Notes: a model not told the origin generated them from the letters alone. A stretch of 64,000 nt of DNA from Acetofilamentum sp. (GCA_020720565.1 DYOK01000001.1:7334-71333); one strand, 5' to 3'; shown: positions 17,954-29,629, counted from the first letter of the stretch. A program made the numbers and translations.

Positions 17954-20479
17954 TTATTCAGTTGTTGCAATTTGTTCGTTTTCAATGCCCTCGTCAGTTC
18001 CGAGATTTTCCATTAACTCAATATTTTCCACTTCATCTTCTTGTGCAGGAACTTTAGCTACTGCAGCAATTTTATCTCCATCTTTAATATTGATAAGTCG
18101 TACACCTTGTGTGGCACGTCCCATGATTCGAAGGCTCGAAACTGCTAAGCGAATGGTAATTCCCGACTCGTTAATAATCATCAAGTCGTCGTCGTCGTTT
18201 ACATTTTTAATCGAAATTAACGAACCTGTTTTTTCGGTAATATTGATGGTTTTAACGCCTTTTCCACCGCGGTGTGTAATTCGATAATCGTCTATATCGG
18301 AACGTTTTCCATATCCATTTTCCGAAACTACCAAAATGTTATCTTGTTCTGGTTTAAAGCATATCATACCAATTACTTCGTCTTTTTCGCCAATCGAAAT
18401 GGCTCGTACTCCTGCACCAGTTCTACCGATAGGACGAATAGCTGCTTCGTTAAATCGGATCGCTTTACCCGTTCTGGCAGCAAACATAATTTCGTTTAGT
18501 CCATCGGTCAATTTGGCTTCGAGTAACATATCACCATCTTTAATTGTGATGGCATTGACCCCATTTTGACGTGGTCTCGAATAAGCTTCTAGGCTAGTTT
18601 TTTTGATTATACCTCGCTTGGTACCCAAAACAATAAAGTGATTGTTAATGTATTCCTCGTCGGTTAATTTGCCTTCGAGGTTGATAAATGCCTTAACATT
18701 ATCGTCGTTTTCGATACGAAGAATATTTTGGATGGCTCTACCTTTCGACGTTCTCGTTCCTTCTGGGATTTGATAAACTGGCAACCAAAATGCTTTACCT
18801 TTTTCGGTGAAAAGTAACATGGTGTTGTGCATACTGGCCACAAACATATATTCGATAAAGTCTTCGTCGCGAGTGGCACTACCTTTAAATCCTTTTCCAC
18901 CACGGGCTTGAGTTCTAAACTCGGTTAATGGCGTGCGTTTGATATATCCTAAACGAGAAATGGTAATGATCATATCCTCGTCGGCATAGAAATCTTCAGG
19001 ATTAAATTCTTCGGCATCGGGAATCAATTCGGTTCTTCTTCCATCGCCATATTTATCGCGAACCTCGATTAATTCAGTTTTAATCAACTCCATTCGCAAG
19101 GTTTCGCTGGCCAAAAGTGCTTTTAATTCCTCAATCAATTTCATGATATCGGCATATTCTGCTCTAAGTTTTTCTTGTTGTAGTCCAGTGAGTTGTCCTA
19201 AACGCATGTCGACAATAGCTTGCGATTGTACTTCGGACAAACTAAAGCGTTCCATTAAACGTTCTTTGGCTTCGTTTAAGCTTTTCGATTCTTTTATCAA
19301 TCGAACTACTTCGTCGATATTATCGCTAGCTATAATTAAACCCTCGAGAATATGGGCACGTTTTTCGGCTTTATCGAGTTCGAATTGTGCTCTACGAATC
19401 ACTACATCGTGGCGGTGCTCAATAAAGTAGTGAATCATTTCTTTCAGATTCAACAACTTTGGACGACCTTTTACCAGTGCAATATTATTGACACTAAACG
19501 ATGTTTGTAATTGGGTATATTTAAATAGTTTATTGAGTGTAACGCTTGCCATTGAATCGCGACGAACTTCGTACACAATTCGCATTCCTTCTCTATCCGA
19601 TTCATCGTTTATATTCGATAAACCATCAATTTTCTTTTCGTTGATTAATTCGGCAGTTTTACGAATTAACTCAGCCTTATTAACCTGATATGGAATTTCT
19701 GTAACAATAATTTTTTCTCTACCACCTTCTGTAACTTCGATATTGGTTTTGGCACGCATCATAATACGTCCACGACCAGTTTCAAAAGCATCTTTTATTC
19801 CTTGAAAGCCATAGATGATGCCACCTGTTGGAAAGTCAGGTGCTGCAATAAATTTCATCAATTCCTCGATAGTAATTTCTCGGTTGTCGATATAGGCCAT
19901 ACAAGCATTGATAACCTCGGTTAAATTGTGAGGTGCAATATTGGTTGCCATACCTACAGCGATACCCGAAGCACCATTTACAAGTAAGTTAGGAATACGA
20001 GTAGGCATTACAGTTGGCTCTTCGAGACTATCGTCGAAGTTGAGTTGCATATCGACCGTATTTTTATCTAAATCGGCCAATGTTTCTTCAGCTATTTTTT
20101 GGAAACGTGCTTCGGTATAACGCATGGCGGCAGCATTATCGCCGTCAACCGAACCAAAGTTACCTTGTCCGTCAACCAAAGGGTATCGCATAGACCAAGG
20201 CTGAGCCATACGCACCATGGCTTCGTATACCGAAGAGTCGCCGTGTGGGTGATATTTACCCAAAACCTCTCCTACTATTCTTGCTGACTTTTTATATGGT
20301 TTATTTGAAGCTAAACCTAGTTCGTTCATACCGAACAATACTCTTCGGTGAACTGGTTTAAATCCATCGCGCACATCTGGTAAAGCTCTTGACACAATAA
20401 CCGACATCGAATAATCGATGTAAGCCGCTTTCATTGCTTCCTCTATATCGAGTTTTATGATTTTATCTTCTCCGTTCAT
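17954..20479 (-). CDS. gyrA: DNA gyrase subunit A
   Basis: [47 protein letters not shown] and AAMRYTE active-site region, plus C-terminal beta-pinwheel repeats. Confidence 0.97.
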   Translation of the reverse strand: MNGEDKIIKLDIEEAMKAAYIDYSMSVIVSRALPDVRDGFKPVHRRVLFGMNELGLASNKPYKKSARIVGEVLGKYHPHGDSSVYEAMVRMAQPWSMRYPLVDGQGNFGSVDGDNAAAMRYTEARFQKIAEETLADLDKNTVDMQLNFDDSLEEPTVMPTRIPNLLVNGASGIAVGMATNIAPHNLTEVINACMAYIDNREITIEELMKFIAAPDFPTGGIIYGFQGIKDAFETGRGRIMMRAKTNIEVTEGGREKIIVTEIPYQVNKAELIRKTAELINEKKIDGLSNINDESDREGMRIVYEVRRDSMASVTLNKLFKYTQLQTSFSVNNIALVKGRPKLLNLKEMIHYFIEHRHDVVIRRAQFELDKAEKRAHILEGLIIASDNIDEVVRLIKESKSLNEAKERLMERFSLSEVQSQAIVDMRLGQLTGLQQEKLRAEYADIMKLIEELKALLASETLRMELIKTELIEVRDKYGDGRRTELIPDAEEFNPEDFYADEDMIITISRLGYIKRTPLTEFRTQARGGKGFKGSATRDEDFIEYMFVASMHNTMLLFTEKGKAFWLPVYQIPEGTRTSKGRAIQNILRIENDDNVKAFINLEGKLTDEEYINNHFIVLGTKRGIIKKTSLEAYSRPRQNGVNAITIKDGDMLLEAKLTDGLNEIMFAARTGKAIRFNEAAIRPIGRTGAGVRAISIGEKDEVIGMICFKPEQDNILVVSENGYGKRSDIDDYRITHRGGKGVKTINITEKTGSLISIKNVNDDDDLMIINESGITIRLAVSSLRIMGRATQGVRLINIKDGDKIAAVAKVPAQEDEVENIELMENLGTDEGIENEQIATTE

Positions 20480-20814
20480 TTGCTAATTTTCTGTATATCA
20501 GTATTTTCGTTATTTACAATAGAAACGACTAAGTTAATCTTTTCGTTGGAAATAGGACTTATACATTGATTGGTTTTTTCAACAAGATTTTGTTAACAAG
20601 AAAAAAGTCCTATGCCATTTATTATTATTACTTGTTATTGTTCTGCGAATAAGCACCTACAAACAACTTTTTGAAACTATTCATACGTTTATTGGGTACA
20701 AAAACCGTATTTTTTCTCAAATTATAGTACGATTCATAAAATCGTTATATTTTTGTGCGTTACAATCAGAAATACAAAGTTAATATTAATTGATTTTTCA
20801 TCAGTTGAATCATT

Positions 20815-20885
20815 TAAGGACTTCGACTTATTTATTAGTTTTGTAACTGACGTTAAAACAATATCTCAGATAAGTAATAATTGAC
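20815..20885 (+). repeat. Dispersed repeat, diverged copy in the gyrA/clpC divergent spacer
   Basis: TAAGGACTTCGACTTATTTATTAGTTTTGTAACTGACG... Confidence 0.6.
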
Positions 20886-20958
20886 AATATATTATTCTGA
20901 GTGCTTATAATAATCTAAAAATAGTATTGCGAAAAAATCATAGAAATTAAAAACAATT

Positions 20959-23457
20959 ATGAATGCAGAATTTTCATCATCTGTAAAAGATGCTTTAAAA
21001 TATAGTAAAGAAGAAGCCATACGTCTTAACTCTAAAACAGTCGAAATTGAACACGTTTTTTTGGGCTTACTTCGTTTGGGAAAAGGATCGGCAATCGATT
21101 TTTTAGTATCTCGAAATGTCGATTTAGTAAAACTAAAAAATAATATTGAATCAAAAATCTTTTCGCGAGAAGAAATCGATTTAAGCGAAGATGATATCAA
21201 TATTTCGAAATCGGTAGAAAGAATGCTTCGAATAGTCAATCTTGAAGCCCTTTCGTTTGGTGTAAAAGTGACCGATACTAACCATTTGCTATTGGCTATT
21301 TTAAAGGAACCTAACAATTTAGCAAGTTCATTTTTAGAAAAAGATTATGGTCTTGTTTATCAGAAAGTTAGAGAAGCTTTAATTTCGCCAACTAAATCGG
21401 AAGCTGAACATTCGTCTAACGACGATGACGATGAAGAATCAAGCTCGTTCAATAAGCCACAAAACCCGCCTGCCAAAAGCAATAGCGAAACGCCTGTGCT
21501 CGATAATTTTGGAATAGATCTTACCGAAGCTGCTATGGAAGGACGTTTAGACCCTATTATTGGTCGTGAAAACGAAATTGAACGAATTTCTCAAATTTTA
21601 AGTCGTCGTAAAAAAAACAACCCCATTCTTATTGGCGAACCAGGTGTTGGAAAATCGGCCATAGCCGAAGGGCTTGCGAATCGAATTGTTAAAAGAAAAG
21701 TTTCTCGTATTTTGTTTAATAAACGCGTGATTGCACTCGATATGGCATCGATTGTAGCTGGAACCAAATACAGAGGTCAGTTCGAAGAACGAATGAAAGC
21801 TATTCTGAACGAGCTATCAAAAAACAAAAACATCATTTTGTTTATCGACGAAATACATACGATTGTTGGTGCGGGTGGGGCAACCGGCTCGCTCGACGCC
21901 GCCAACATGCTCAAACCTGCTTTAGCTCGTGGCGATATCCAATGCATTGGTGCTACTACCCTTGACGAATACCGCCAACATATCGAAAAAGACGGTGCTT
22001 TAGAGCGTCGTTTTCAAAAAGTAATGGTAGAGCCTACTTCGGTTGAAGAAACTCTCGAAATACTGCATAACATAAAAGAACGATACGAAGACCACCATAA
22101 CGTTAATTACGACGAGACTGCCCTTAAAGCTTGTGTTTCTTTAACCACACGCTATATAAGCGACCGACATCTTCCCGATAAAGCTATCGACGCTCTAGAC
22201 GAAAGTGGTGCTAGAGTGCATATTGCTAATATCAATATCCCAAAGAAAATTGTTTCGCTCGAAAAAGAAATCGAAAATGTTAAAGCTTCGAAATTTGCCG
22301 CTGTAAAAAATCAAGATTTTGAGAAAGCAGCCAGTTTAAGAGATGTCGAACGTCAATTGCTTAAAGAAATTGAAAACGAAAAAGAACTCTGGGAAAAAGA
22401 TTTGATTAAGCATCGAGAAACCGTAACGGGCGAAAAAGTGGCTGAAGTGGTTGCCATGATGACTGGTGTTCCTGTTCAGCGCATAGCAGAGGCAGAGAGT
22501 ACACGATTACTCAAAATGTATGATCAAATTCAAGATAGCGTAATCGGACAATCTGACGCCATCAAGCAAATTGTTAAAGCCATTCAACGAAACCGTGCTG
22601 GTTTAAAAGACCCCAATCGCCCTATTGGTACTTTCATCTTTTTAGGACCTACTGGTGTTGGGAAAACACAACTAGCCAAAGTTTTAGCACAATATTTATT
22701 TGAATCGCACGACAATCTTATTCGCATCGATATGAGCGAATACATGGAGAAGTTTTCAGTATCTAGACTGGTTGGTGCACCTCCGGGATATGTGGGTTAC
22801 GAAGAAGGCGGACAACTGACCGAAAAAGTAAGAAGAAAGCCTTATTCGGTCGTGTTATTAGACGAAATTGAGAAAGCACACCCCGATGTATTTCATATTC
22901 TGTTACAAGTGCTCGACGAAGGTCGCCTTACCGACAGTTTAGGTCGTAGAATTGACTTTAGAAACACCATAATCATTATGACTTCGAACATTGGTAGCCG
23001 TCAATTACAAGAGTATGGACAAGGGATTGGATTTGGAACTTCGGCCAAGCAAGACGGCATGAGCGGGCAGCACGACAGTATTATTAAAAAAGCGCTACAC
23101 AAGGCCTTCGCACCAGAGTTTATTAATCGAGTGGACGATATTATTATGTTTAATAACCTGGACAGAAAAGATATACATAAAATTATCGACATTGAATTGG
23201 CCGACCTTGTTAAACGTATTAACCAACTGGGATTCTCAATTCAAATATCACCAATTGCAAAAGATTATATTGCCGATAAAGGATTTGACCCAAAGTATGG
23301 TGCTAGACCATTAAAACGAGCCATCCAAAAATACCTCGAAGATCCTTTAGCCGAAGCTATAATCAAAGCTGAAACAACAGAAGGTGACAAATTATTAATT
23401 GGGTATTCAAAAGCACAAGATAAGATTACAATTAAAATAAATAAAGCAAATAAGTAA
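20959..23457 (+). CDS. clpC: ATP-dependent Clp protease ATP-binding subunit (ClpC-type AAA+ chaperone)
   Basis: Clp_N repeats and two AAA+ modules ([15 protein letters not shown]; [12 protein letters not shown]). UVR-like linker ([11 protein letters not shown]). ClpB/C C-terminal domain. Confidence 0.93.
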   Translation: MNAEFSSSVKDALKYSKEEAIRLNSKTVEIEHVFLGLLRLGKGSAIDFLVSRNVDLVKLKNNIESKIFSREEIDLSEDDINISKSVERMLRIVNLEALSFGVKVTDTNHLLLAILKEPNNLASSFLEKDYGLVYQKVREALISPTKSEAEHSSNDDDDEESSSFNKPQNPPAKSNSETPVLDNFGIDLTEAAMEGRLDPIIGRENEIERISQILSRRKKNNPILIGEPGVGKSAIAEGLANRIVKRKVSRILFNKRVIALDMASIVAGTKYRGQFEERMKAILNELSKNKNIILFIDEIHTIVGAGGATGSLDAANMLKPALARGDIQCIGATTLDEYRQHIEKDGALERRFQKVMVEPTSVEETLEILHNIKERYEDHHNVNYDETALKACVSLTTRYISDRHLPDKAIDALDESGARVHIANINIPKKIVSLEKEIENVKASKFAAVKNQDFEKAASLRDVERQLLKEIENEKELWEKDLIKHRETVTGEKVAEVVAMMTGVPVQRIAEAESTRLLKMYDQIQDSVIGQSDAIKQIVKAIQRNRAGLKDPNRPIGTFIFLGPTGVGKTQLAKVLAQYLFESHDNLIRIDMSEYMEKFSVSRLVGAPPGYVGYEEGGQLTEKVRRKPYSVVLLDEIEKAHPDVFHILLQVLDEGRLTDSLGRRIDFRNTIIIMTSNIGSRQLQEYGQGIGFGTSAKQDGMSGQHDSIIKKALHKAFAPEFINRVDDIIMFNNLDRKDIHKIIDIELADLVKRINQLGFSIQISPIAKDYIADKGFDPKYGARPLKRAIQKYLEDPLAEAIIKAETTEGDKLLIGYSKAQDKITIKINKANK

Positions 23458-23459
23458 AA

Positions 23460-24029
23460 ATGGCAACTACAGCAGACATTAAAAAAGGGATGTGTATCGA
23501 ATTTAACGGTAAACCATATTCCATCGTCGATTTTCAACATGTTAAACCAGGCAAAGGCCCTGCTTTTGTGAGAACAAAACTAAAAAATCTTGAAACGGGA
23601 AAAGTTATTGATAACACATTTACTTCGGGTTTTAAAATCGAGGTAATTCGTGTAGAACGTAGAAAATATCAATATTTGTACGAAGACGATATGGGTATGA
23701 ATTTTATGCATACCGAGACATTCGAACAATTACCTATGAGCAAATCTTTAATTGACAATCCTCTTTTGTTAAAAGAAGGAATGGAAGTTGAAGTTTTATT
23801 TAATGCAGAAAACGAAACGCCACTTCAACTCGACTTGCCTCCATTTGTTGAGCTAGAAGTAACTTATTCAGAACCTGGAATTAAAGGTGATACATCTTCT
23901 TCGACAGCCTTAAAACCTGCTACTGTAGAAACTGGAGCCATTATTATGGTGCCTTTGTTTGTCAATATGGGCGATATTATTAAAATTGATACCCGTGACG
24001 CAAGCTACTCTGAACGCGTTAAAAAATAA
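23460..24029 (+). CDS. efp: Elongation factor P
   Basis: [44 protein letters not shown] is the canonical EF-P sequence. Confidence 0.95.
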   Translation: MATTADIKKGMCIEFNGKPYSIVDFQHVKPGKGPAFVRTKLKNLETGKVIDNTFTSGFKIEVIRVERRKYQYLYEDDMGMNFMHTETFEQLPMSKSLIDNPLLLKEGMEVEVLFNAENETPLQLDLPPFVELEVTYSEPGIKGDTSSSTALKPATVETGAIIMVPLFVNMGDIIKIDTRDASYSERVKK

Positions 24030-24046
24030 GATTGTAAAATTTTTTT

Positions 24047-24964
24047 ATGAGATTCGAAAAAGTACAGACTTTAAAAGAAATTTCTCAACTCATTGGTGCC
24101 GAATACATTGGAAATGAAAACTTTCCCATAAGCGGCATCAATGAGATTCATATGGTTGAGCCTGGCGACATTACTTTTGTCGACCATCCTAAGTATTATC
24201 AAAAAGCATTAAACTCAAAGGCTAGCGTAATCATAATCAATCAAAGAGTCGAAGCACCAGAAGGCAAAGTACTACTTATTTCGAACGATCCATTTGCCGA
24301 TTACAATAAGATTACTCAGCACTTTAAGCCATTCACATCATCTAGTCATTCAGTTTCTCCATTAGCAAAAATTGGAAAAGGAACCATTATTCAACCTTTG
24401 TGTTTTATTGGTTCTGGGGTTCAGATTGGTCAAAATTGTATTATTCACAGTCATGTGAGTATATATGATGGCTGCATCATTGGCGACAATGTAACCATTC
24501 ACAGCCATAGCGTTATAGGTGCCGACGCATATTATTTTCAGAAAAAAAATGGAATCTATCGCAAAATGCACAGTTGCGGCAACGTGATTATCGGAAACAA
24601 TGTCGAAATAGGTGCTTTATGTTCAATAGATAAAGGCGTTTCGTCTGATACCATAGTCGGAGATGGTACAAAACTCGATAACCATGTACAAATTGGACAC
24701 GATACTAAAATTGGAAAAAATTGCTTACTCGGTTCCCAAGTGGCTATTGCTGGCGTTACAACAATTGAAGACAATGTTCTGATATGGGCTAAAGTTGGCA
24801 TTAATAAAGACCTTGTAATTGGTCAAGGTGCCACTATTTTGGCCACTTCGAATGTTGACAAAACCCTTGAAGGGGGTAAAACTTACTATGGTTCACCCGC
24901 TGTTGAGGCCAGAGCAAAATGGAAACAAATTGGTAAATTAAATCGGTTTATCGACTCACTATAA
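24047..24964 (+). CDS. lpxD: UDP-3-O-acylglucosamine N-acyltransferase (LpxD-like, short form)
   Basis: LpxD-type N-terminal domain (LKEISQLIGAEYIGN) followed by hexapeptide left-handed beta-helix repeats. The efp-lpxD adjacency is common in this phylum. Confidence 0.8.
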   Translation: MRFEKVQTLKEISQLIGAEYIGNENFPISGINEIHMVEPGDITFVDHPKYYQKALNSKASVIIINQRVEAPEGKVLLISNDPFADYNKITQHFKPFTSSSHSVSPLAKIGKGTIIQPLCFIGSGVQIGQNCIIHSHVSIYDGCIIGDNVTIHSHSVIGADAYYFQKKNGIYRKMHSCGNVIIGNNVEIGALCSIDKGVSSDTIVGDGTKLDNHVQIGHDTKIGKNCLLGSQVAIAGVTTIEDNVLIWAKVGINKDLVIGQGATILATSNVDKTLEGGKTYYGSPAVEARAKWKQIGKLNRFIDSL

Positions 24965-25098
24965 TTTTTTAATAGTCTAAGTTTTGTCTTATTTAAACAC
25001 GACTTAATATTTAAAAAATTATTTTTTTTCGTACGTCATTGAATAATTCGGCTAATTGTTTTACATTTACAACTCGAACCTACCTATTTGACCTTATT

Positions 25099-26328
25099 AT
25101 GAACACCTTGCCAGAACGGAACCTAACCCTCCAATCTAAGTTGTTAGAAGCACTCTATAAGCTTAATAATAGTTTCTATAAGAACCTGTCAATTAGAATT
25201 ATAACCGATCAAATCAAAAACTTTCTTGAACAAGAATTAAAGTTATCTCGTTTTGTTTTAGTTTATTTTGAAGATAACGAATGGAATCCTATTTTTTTTG
25301 AAGGTGCAAATTTTTCAAAACTTAAAACTGTAAACTTCGAAAAAGAATTAAAACCTTTTGAATGCGATAGTCCAATTCGATTTGCTCCCGAACATGAATT
25401 AAGCGCATTTTCGTTTGTTATTCCAATTCTACATAAAAAAAAACCGATCGCATACCTTTTAATTAGTGACAATTATGAACATCTAAGCATTGAGCGTCCT
25501 TGCATTCGTCATACAAGATTTATTACACATTATGCACAAGCATTTATTATGGGTATGGAAAATAAGCGGCTTTTTAAAGAAAACTCTAAAAAAGAGCGTT
25601 TTAAAACCGAACTTAATTTAGCCTCAAAAATGCAATTGATGTTAGTTAAAAGTTCTGATTTATTACCAAATAACGATACTATAGAATTTTTTACCTATTA
25701 CAAGTCATTATTCGAAATTGGGGGTGACTTTTATGACGCTTGCCAAATCGATGAGCAATCAACTGCTTTTTGTATTGCAGATGTTTCGGGAAAAGGGGTT
25801 TCTGCAGCGTTGCTAATGTCTAATTTACAAGCCAATTTAAATGCCCTTTTCCAAAACGATTTGCCTTTGCCTATTATTATCGAAAAACTAAATTCAATTA
25901 TTAACAATATCACCCAAAACGATAGATTTGTAACACTTTTTCTAGGCTGTTATCGTTCCGATACCAAAACGCTTAGGTATATAAATGCTGGACATAATCC
26001 ACCTGTTATATTTCTTTCGAATCAAATTAGCACTCAATATCTCGAAAAAGGATGTGCTGGTATTGGGATGCTCGATGATTTGGGGGAAATTGAAGTCGGC
26101 GAATTAAGTATTCCTTCTGGTTCTAAATTAATTTGTTTTACCGATGGCGTTAGCGAATCGCATACAAAATTTGGCTTAGAGTTTGGTCATACCAATTTTG
26201 TACCTTTTTTAAACCAAAGCGAAACGATACAAACTACGGTATCCAATATTCTTGCCTTTTTTAAAGAAATGGTTCCCTCGGAAAACATTATCGACGACAC
26301 CACTATTTTTGGGGTGGGATTTAAATAA
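25099..26328 (+). CDS. PP2C-family (SpoIIE-type) serine phosphatase with N-terminal GAF-like sensor region
   Basis: SpoIIE motifs GGDFYD, ADVSGKGVSAALLMS, NAGHNPP and TDGVSE. I prefer the ATG at 25099 (MNTLPERN) over 25039. Confidence 0.8.
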   Translation: MNTLPERNLTLQSKLLEALYKLNNSFYKNLSIRIITDQIKNFLEQELKLSRFVLVYFEDNEWNPIFFEGANFSKLKTVNFEKELKPFECDSPIRFAPEHELSAFSFVIPILHKKKPIAYLLISDNYEHLSIERPCIRHTRFITHYAQAFIMGMENKRLFKENSKKERFKTELNLASKMQLMLVKSSDLLPNNDTIEFFTYYKSLFEIGGDFYDACQIDEQSTAFCIADVSGKGVSAALLMSNLQANLNALFQNDLPLPIIIEKLNSIINNITQNDRFVTLFLGCYRSDTKTLRYINAGHNPPVIFLSNQISTQYLEKGCAGIGMLDDLGEIEVGELSIPSGSKLICFTDGVSESHTKFGLEFGHTNFVPFLNQSETIQTTVSNILAFFKEMVPSENIIDDTTIFGVGFK

Positions 26329-26402
26329 GATCTTCGACCTGTATTTTTGTAGTACCTTATATATCTGTACTATAGATTAAATAAATACGACATAAATTAT
26401 CC
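26326..26402 (+). repeat. Dispersed repeat copy
   Basis: TAAGATCTTCGACCTGTATTTTTGTAGTACC...TAAATAAATACGACATAAATTATCC. The head TAA is the stop of the SpoIIE-type phosphatase gene. Confidence 0.7.
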
Positions 26403-26416
26403 ATAAAACTTAAAAA

Positions 26417-26450
26417 AGAGATTCGAATAAAAGCCGAATCTCTTTTTTTT
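26417..26450. terminator. Bidirectional hairpin between convergent phosphatase and argF genes
   Basis: AGAGATTCG-aataaaagc-CGAATCTCT is a 9-bp stem followed by T8 on the plus strand and preceded by A5. Confidence 0.65.
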
Positions 26451-26469
26451 ATTTATTTTAAGCCTTGTT

Positions 26470-27474
26470 TTATTTTGAACCTAAAGTAGCTACCATAATG
26501 GCTTTAATGGTATGAAGTCTGTTTTCTGCTTCGTCAAAAACAATCGAAGCTTCCGACTCAAATACGTCTTCGGTAACTTCGAGACCATCTAAACCAAATT
26601 TTTGGAATATTTCTTCCCCTAATTTAGTTTCTCTGTTGTGGAATGCAGGTAAACAATGCATGAATTTTACATTTTTATTACCTGTAGCGTCCATAGTGGC
26701 TTTGTTAATTTGGTAAGGTTTAAGAAGCTCTATGCGTTTGTTCCATACTTCGGTAGGCTCTCCCATCGAAACCCATACGTCAGTATATAAGAAATCACAA
26801 TCTTTAACACCTTCTTTTACATTATCAGTAACGGTGATTTTTGCACCAGTTTCTTTTGCAATTTCCATTGCAGTTTTAACTAAATCAGCTTCGGGTTGAA
26901 CTTCTTTTGGAGCAATCGATCTAAAATCCATACCCATTTTTGCAGCACCTATCAATAAAGAATTTCCCATGTTATTTCGAGCATCTCCTAAGTACGCAAA
27001 TTTAACTTCGTGAAGCGGTTTATCGCTGTGTTCCATCATGGTTAAGAAATCGGCCAAAATTTGAGTTGGATGAAACTCATCTGTTAAACCATTCCATACA
27101 GGTACGCCAGCGTATTTCCCTAGTTCTTCGACAATTTCTTGTCCATATCCACGGTACTCGATACCATCATACATACGTCCTAAAACACGAGCGGTATCTT
27201 TCATCGATTCTTTTTGACCAATTTGCGAACCAGATGGCCCTAAATAGGTAACATTACCACCCTGGTCGTATACTGCTGTTTCGAATGCACAGCGGGTTCT
27301 GGTCGATGCTTTTTCGAAAATTAGTGCAATGTTTTTACCTTTTAAGGTTTGTTGCTCAGTTCCTGAATATTTAGCCTTTTTTAAGTCGGCCGATAAGTCT
27401 AACAAAAACTTAATTTCTTTTGGTGTAAAATCGAGAAGCTTTAAAAAGTTTCTATTTCTTAAATTAAATGCCAT
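26470..27474 (-). CDS. argF: Ornithine carbamoyltransferase (canonical OTC type)
   Basis: [21 protein letters not shown] and HCLPAFH motifs. From memory it aligns along the whole length with enterobacterial ArgI/ArgF. Confidence 0.93.
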   Translation of the reverse strand: MAFNLRNRNFLKLLDFTPKEIKFLLDLSADLKKAKYSGTEQQTLKGKNIALIFEKASTRTRCAFETAVYDQGGNVTYLGPSGSQIGQKESMKDTARVLGRMYDGIEYRGYGQEIVEELGKYAGVPVWNGLTDEFHPTQILADFLTMMEHSDKPLHEVKFAYLGDARNNMGNSLLIGAAKMGMDFRSIAPKEVQPEADLVKTAMEIAKETGAKITVTDNVKEGVKDCDFLYTDVWVSMGEPTEVWNKRIELLKPYQINKATMDATGNKNVKFMHCLPAFHNRETKLGEEIFQKFGLDGLEVTEDVFESEASIVFDEAENRLHTIKAIMVATLGSK

Positions 27475-27507
27475 AATTCAAATTTATTGTTGATTGATTA
27501 TAAAAGT

Positions 27508-27560
27508 TGAGGTCTTAGACCTATTTATTGATTTTCTAACTAAATTTTTGTTAATAATTT
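27508..27560 (+). repeat. Dispersed repeat, truncated copy between arcC and argF
   Basis: TGAGGTCTTAGACCTATTTATTGATTTTCTAACTAAATTTTTG. It is antisense to the surrounding minus-strand genes. Confidence 0.6.
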
Positions 27561-28501
27561 AAGGTAATTCGAGTACCGACACTTCGGTCTTCGAGTTGTT
27601 TCGATTCGGTAATGACCGACTTACCTCCTCCTCCTTCGACAAAGCGAACGGCGGCTTCTACCTTTGGCCCCATACTTCCTTCTCCAAACATGCCTTTGCT
27701 TAAATATTCTCTAGCATCTTTAGCATCGAGAAATTCTAATATCTCTTGCTCAGGTGTTCCGAAATTGGCATATACAAAAGGCACATCGGTTAGAATATAG
27801 AGTTCGTCGGCTCCAATTTTTTGGGCTAATAATGCCGAAGCTCTATCTTTATCGATCACAGCTTCGAGTGGTTGCAACATTTTATTTTCGTCGTAATAAA
27901 CTGGAATTCCTCCTCCACCCGAAGCTATTACAATGTGACCAGCTTCGACCAAAGATTTAATGACATCTTGGTTCATAATTTCCAAAGGTTCTGGAGATGC
28001 TACAGCTCTTCGCCAAGCATCAGCACCCTTAGGATCTTTTTTAAAAACCCAATTCTTTTTTCCAACAATTTCGTCGGCTTGTGCTTTTGAATATAATTTT
28101 CCAACTCTTTTAGTTGGGTTTTCGAAAGCTTTATCTTTTTTATCGACAATAACTTGCGTTACGATTGAAATCACTTTTTTGTCAATTCCTTCTTCGGTAA
28201 GAATATTTTTTAAATTTCGCTCAATCATATATGCAATTCCACCTTGCGAATCGGCTACGCAGATATCTAAAGGCATTTGAGGAATATCATACATTTCTTT
28301 GCCTGCGTCGTTTCGCATCAAAATATTTCCTACTTGTGGCCCATTTCCATGGCTAATGACCAAATTGTAGCCTTCCTTTATAAGGTACACTAAGTTTTTT
28401 AATGTATCGTAGGAATTAACATTTTGCTCGTCAATAGTTCCTTTTTCATTTCCTCTTAAAAGAGCATTACCCCCAAGGGCAACTACTGCTAGTTTTTTCA
28501 T
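27551..28501 (-). CDS. arcC: Carbamate kinase
   Basis: MKKLAVVALGGNALL...VISHGNGPQVGN...ASGGGGIPV are carbamate kinase signatures. Confidence 0.92.
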   Translation of the reverse strand: MKKLAVVALGGNALLRGNEKGTIDEQNVNSYDTLKNLVYLIKEGYNLVISHGNGPQVGNILMRNDAGKEMYDIPQMPLDICVADSQGGIAYMIERNLKNILTEEGIDKKVISIVTQVIVDKKDKAFENPTKRVGKLYSKAQADEIVGKKNWVFKKDPKGADAWRRAVASPEPLEIMNQDVIKSLVEAGHIVIASGGGGIPVYYDENKMLQPLEAVIDKDRASALLAQKIGADELYILTDVPFVYANFGTPEQEILEFLDAKDAREYLSKGMFGEGSMGPKVEAAVRFVEGGGGKSVITESKQLEDRSVGTRITLNY

Positions 28502-28519
28502 ATTTGTTTTTATTTTAAC

Positions 28520-28556
28520 AAGGTCTTTGACCCATATGTTTTAAATATTTTATCCA
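28520..28556 (+). repeat. Possible repeat-head fragment
   Basis: CAAGGTCTTTGACCCATATGTTTTAAATATT. Only the head region is recognisable. Confidence 0.35.
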
Positions 28557-28832
28557 ACATTTATTGACAATGAATTTTTTGATAAATCAAAATCCTCATT
28601 TAATCACAAGCATTAGTTTTATTATTAACCTTTAATTGAGTGTGCAAATTTAGTAAAATATCGTGAAAATAAACTTTTTGAATTATTTTTTCAAACAGTT
28701 GATATTGTGTTGCTTAAGTAAATATCTTTATAAACCATGACGAAAGTCAAAAATATAGTATTAGTTCTTTAATTTTTTTTAAATTTGAAAGCCTAACACA
28801 CTTCAATTTAAAACTACTTTACTACTCCATTT

Positions 28833-29615
28833 ATGATCGAATTAAAATTCGCCAACTTACTCATTGAAAACAGAATAGCTTACATCACCATTAATCGTCC
28901 CGATAAAAGGAATGCACTTAATTCAGAGGTTGTGAGTAATCTTAAACAACTTTTTAAAGAAGCTGAGCAAAATCCCGAAGCCAAAATTATTGTATTGAAA
29001 GCCAATGGCGATGCGTTCTGTGCTGGGGCAGATTTAGCTTATCTTCAGCAATTACAAAAAAATTCTTTTGAAGAAAACCTAGAAGATTCGAATCATTTAA
29101 AATCCTTATTCGAAGCCATTTATCTCAATTCAAAAATTGTAATTGCCCAAGTCGAAGGTCATGCCATTGCTGGTGGTGGTGGTTTGGCTACAGTGTGCGA
29201 TTTTGTTTTTTCGGTACCCGAAGCTAAAATTGGATTTACTGAAGTTAAAATCGGATTTGTCCCTGCTATTATTTCGCTGTTTATTTTAAGAAAAATAGGA
29301 GAAAACAGAACTAAGGAGTTACTTTATACAGGCGATTTAATAACTTCACAAAAAGCAAAAGCAATAGGTTTGATAAATTATATAATAGATCCCGAAAATA
29401 TTTCGAGTGAAGTTTACGATTTTGCACAAAAGTTAATAAAATCTTGCTCAGCCGATTCATTGGCATTGACCAAAAATCTATTAGCTCAAGTTCCCACTAT
29501 GAATCTGAGCGAAGGTCTGAATTATGCCTCTGAAATGAATGCTAAAGCAAGATCAACAAATGATTGCATAAGGGGAATATCTGCTTTTTTAAATAAAGAG
29601 ACCATTGAGTGGTAA
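28833..29615 (+). CDS. Enoyl-CoA hydratase/isomerase (crotonase) family protein
   Basis: Crotonase fold motifs: ITINRPDKRNALN, FCAGADL, AQVEGHAIAGGGGLA. Confidence 0.88.
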   Translation: MIELKFANLLIENRIAYITINRPDKRNALNSEVVSNLKQLFKEAEQNPEAKIIVLKANGDAFCAGADLAYLQQLQKNSFEENLEDSNHLKSLFEAIYLNSKIVIAQVEGHAIAGGGGLATVCDFVFSVPEAKIGFTEVKIGFVPAIISLFILRKIGENRTKELLYTGDLITSQKAKAIGLINYIIDPENISSEVYDFAQKLIKSCSADSLALTKNLLAQVPTMNLSEGLNYASEMNAKARSTNDCIRGISAFLNKETIEW

Positions 29616-29629
29616 GTTGTTAAATTAAG

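Noticed and set aside
20480-20958. Replication origin at the gyrA/clpC strand switch
   Set aside because: I found no cluster of DnaA-box-like 9-mers (TTATCCACA or its complement) and no dnaA or dnaN nearby. A strand switch alone is not enough evidence.
20892-21317. 141-aa minus-strand ORF overlapping the clpC 5' end
   Set aside because: It is antisense to the well-supported Clp_N domain of clpC and has no recognisable motifs.
24965-25015. Possible extra degenerate repeat remnants (tail-like TTTAAACACGACTTAATATTT at ~24995, head-like TAAGCCGTTCGCCTAT on the minus strand at ~2605..2623, TCGAACCTTTGATATTT at ~8250)
   Set aside because: Each matches only a short part of the consensus with several mismatches, so I cannot distinguish them from background by eye.
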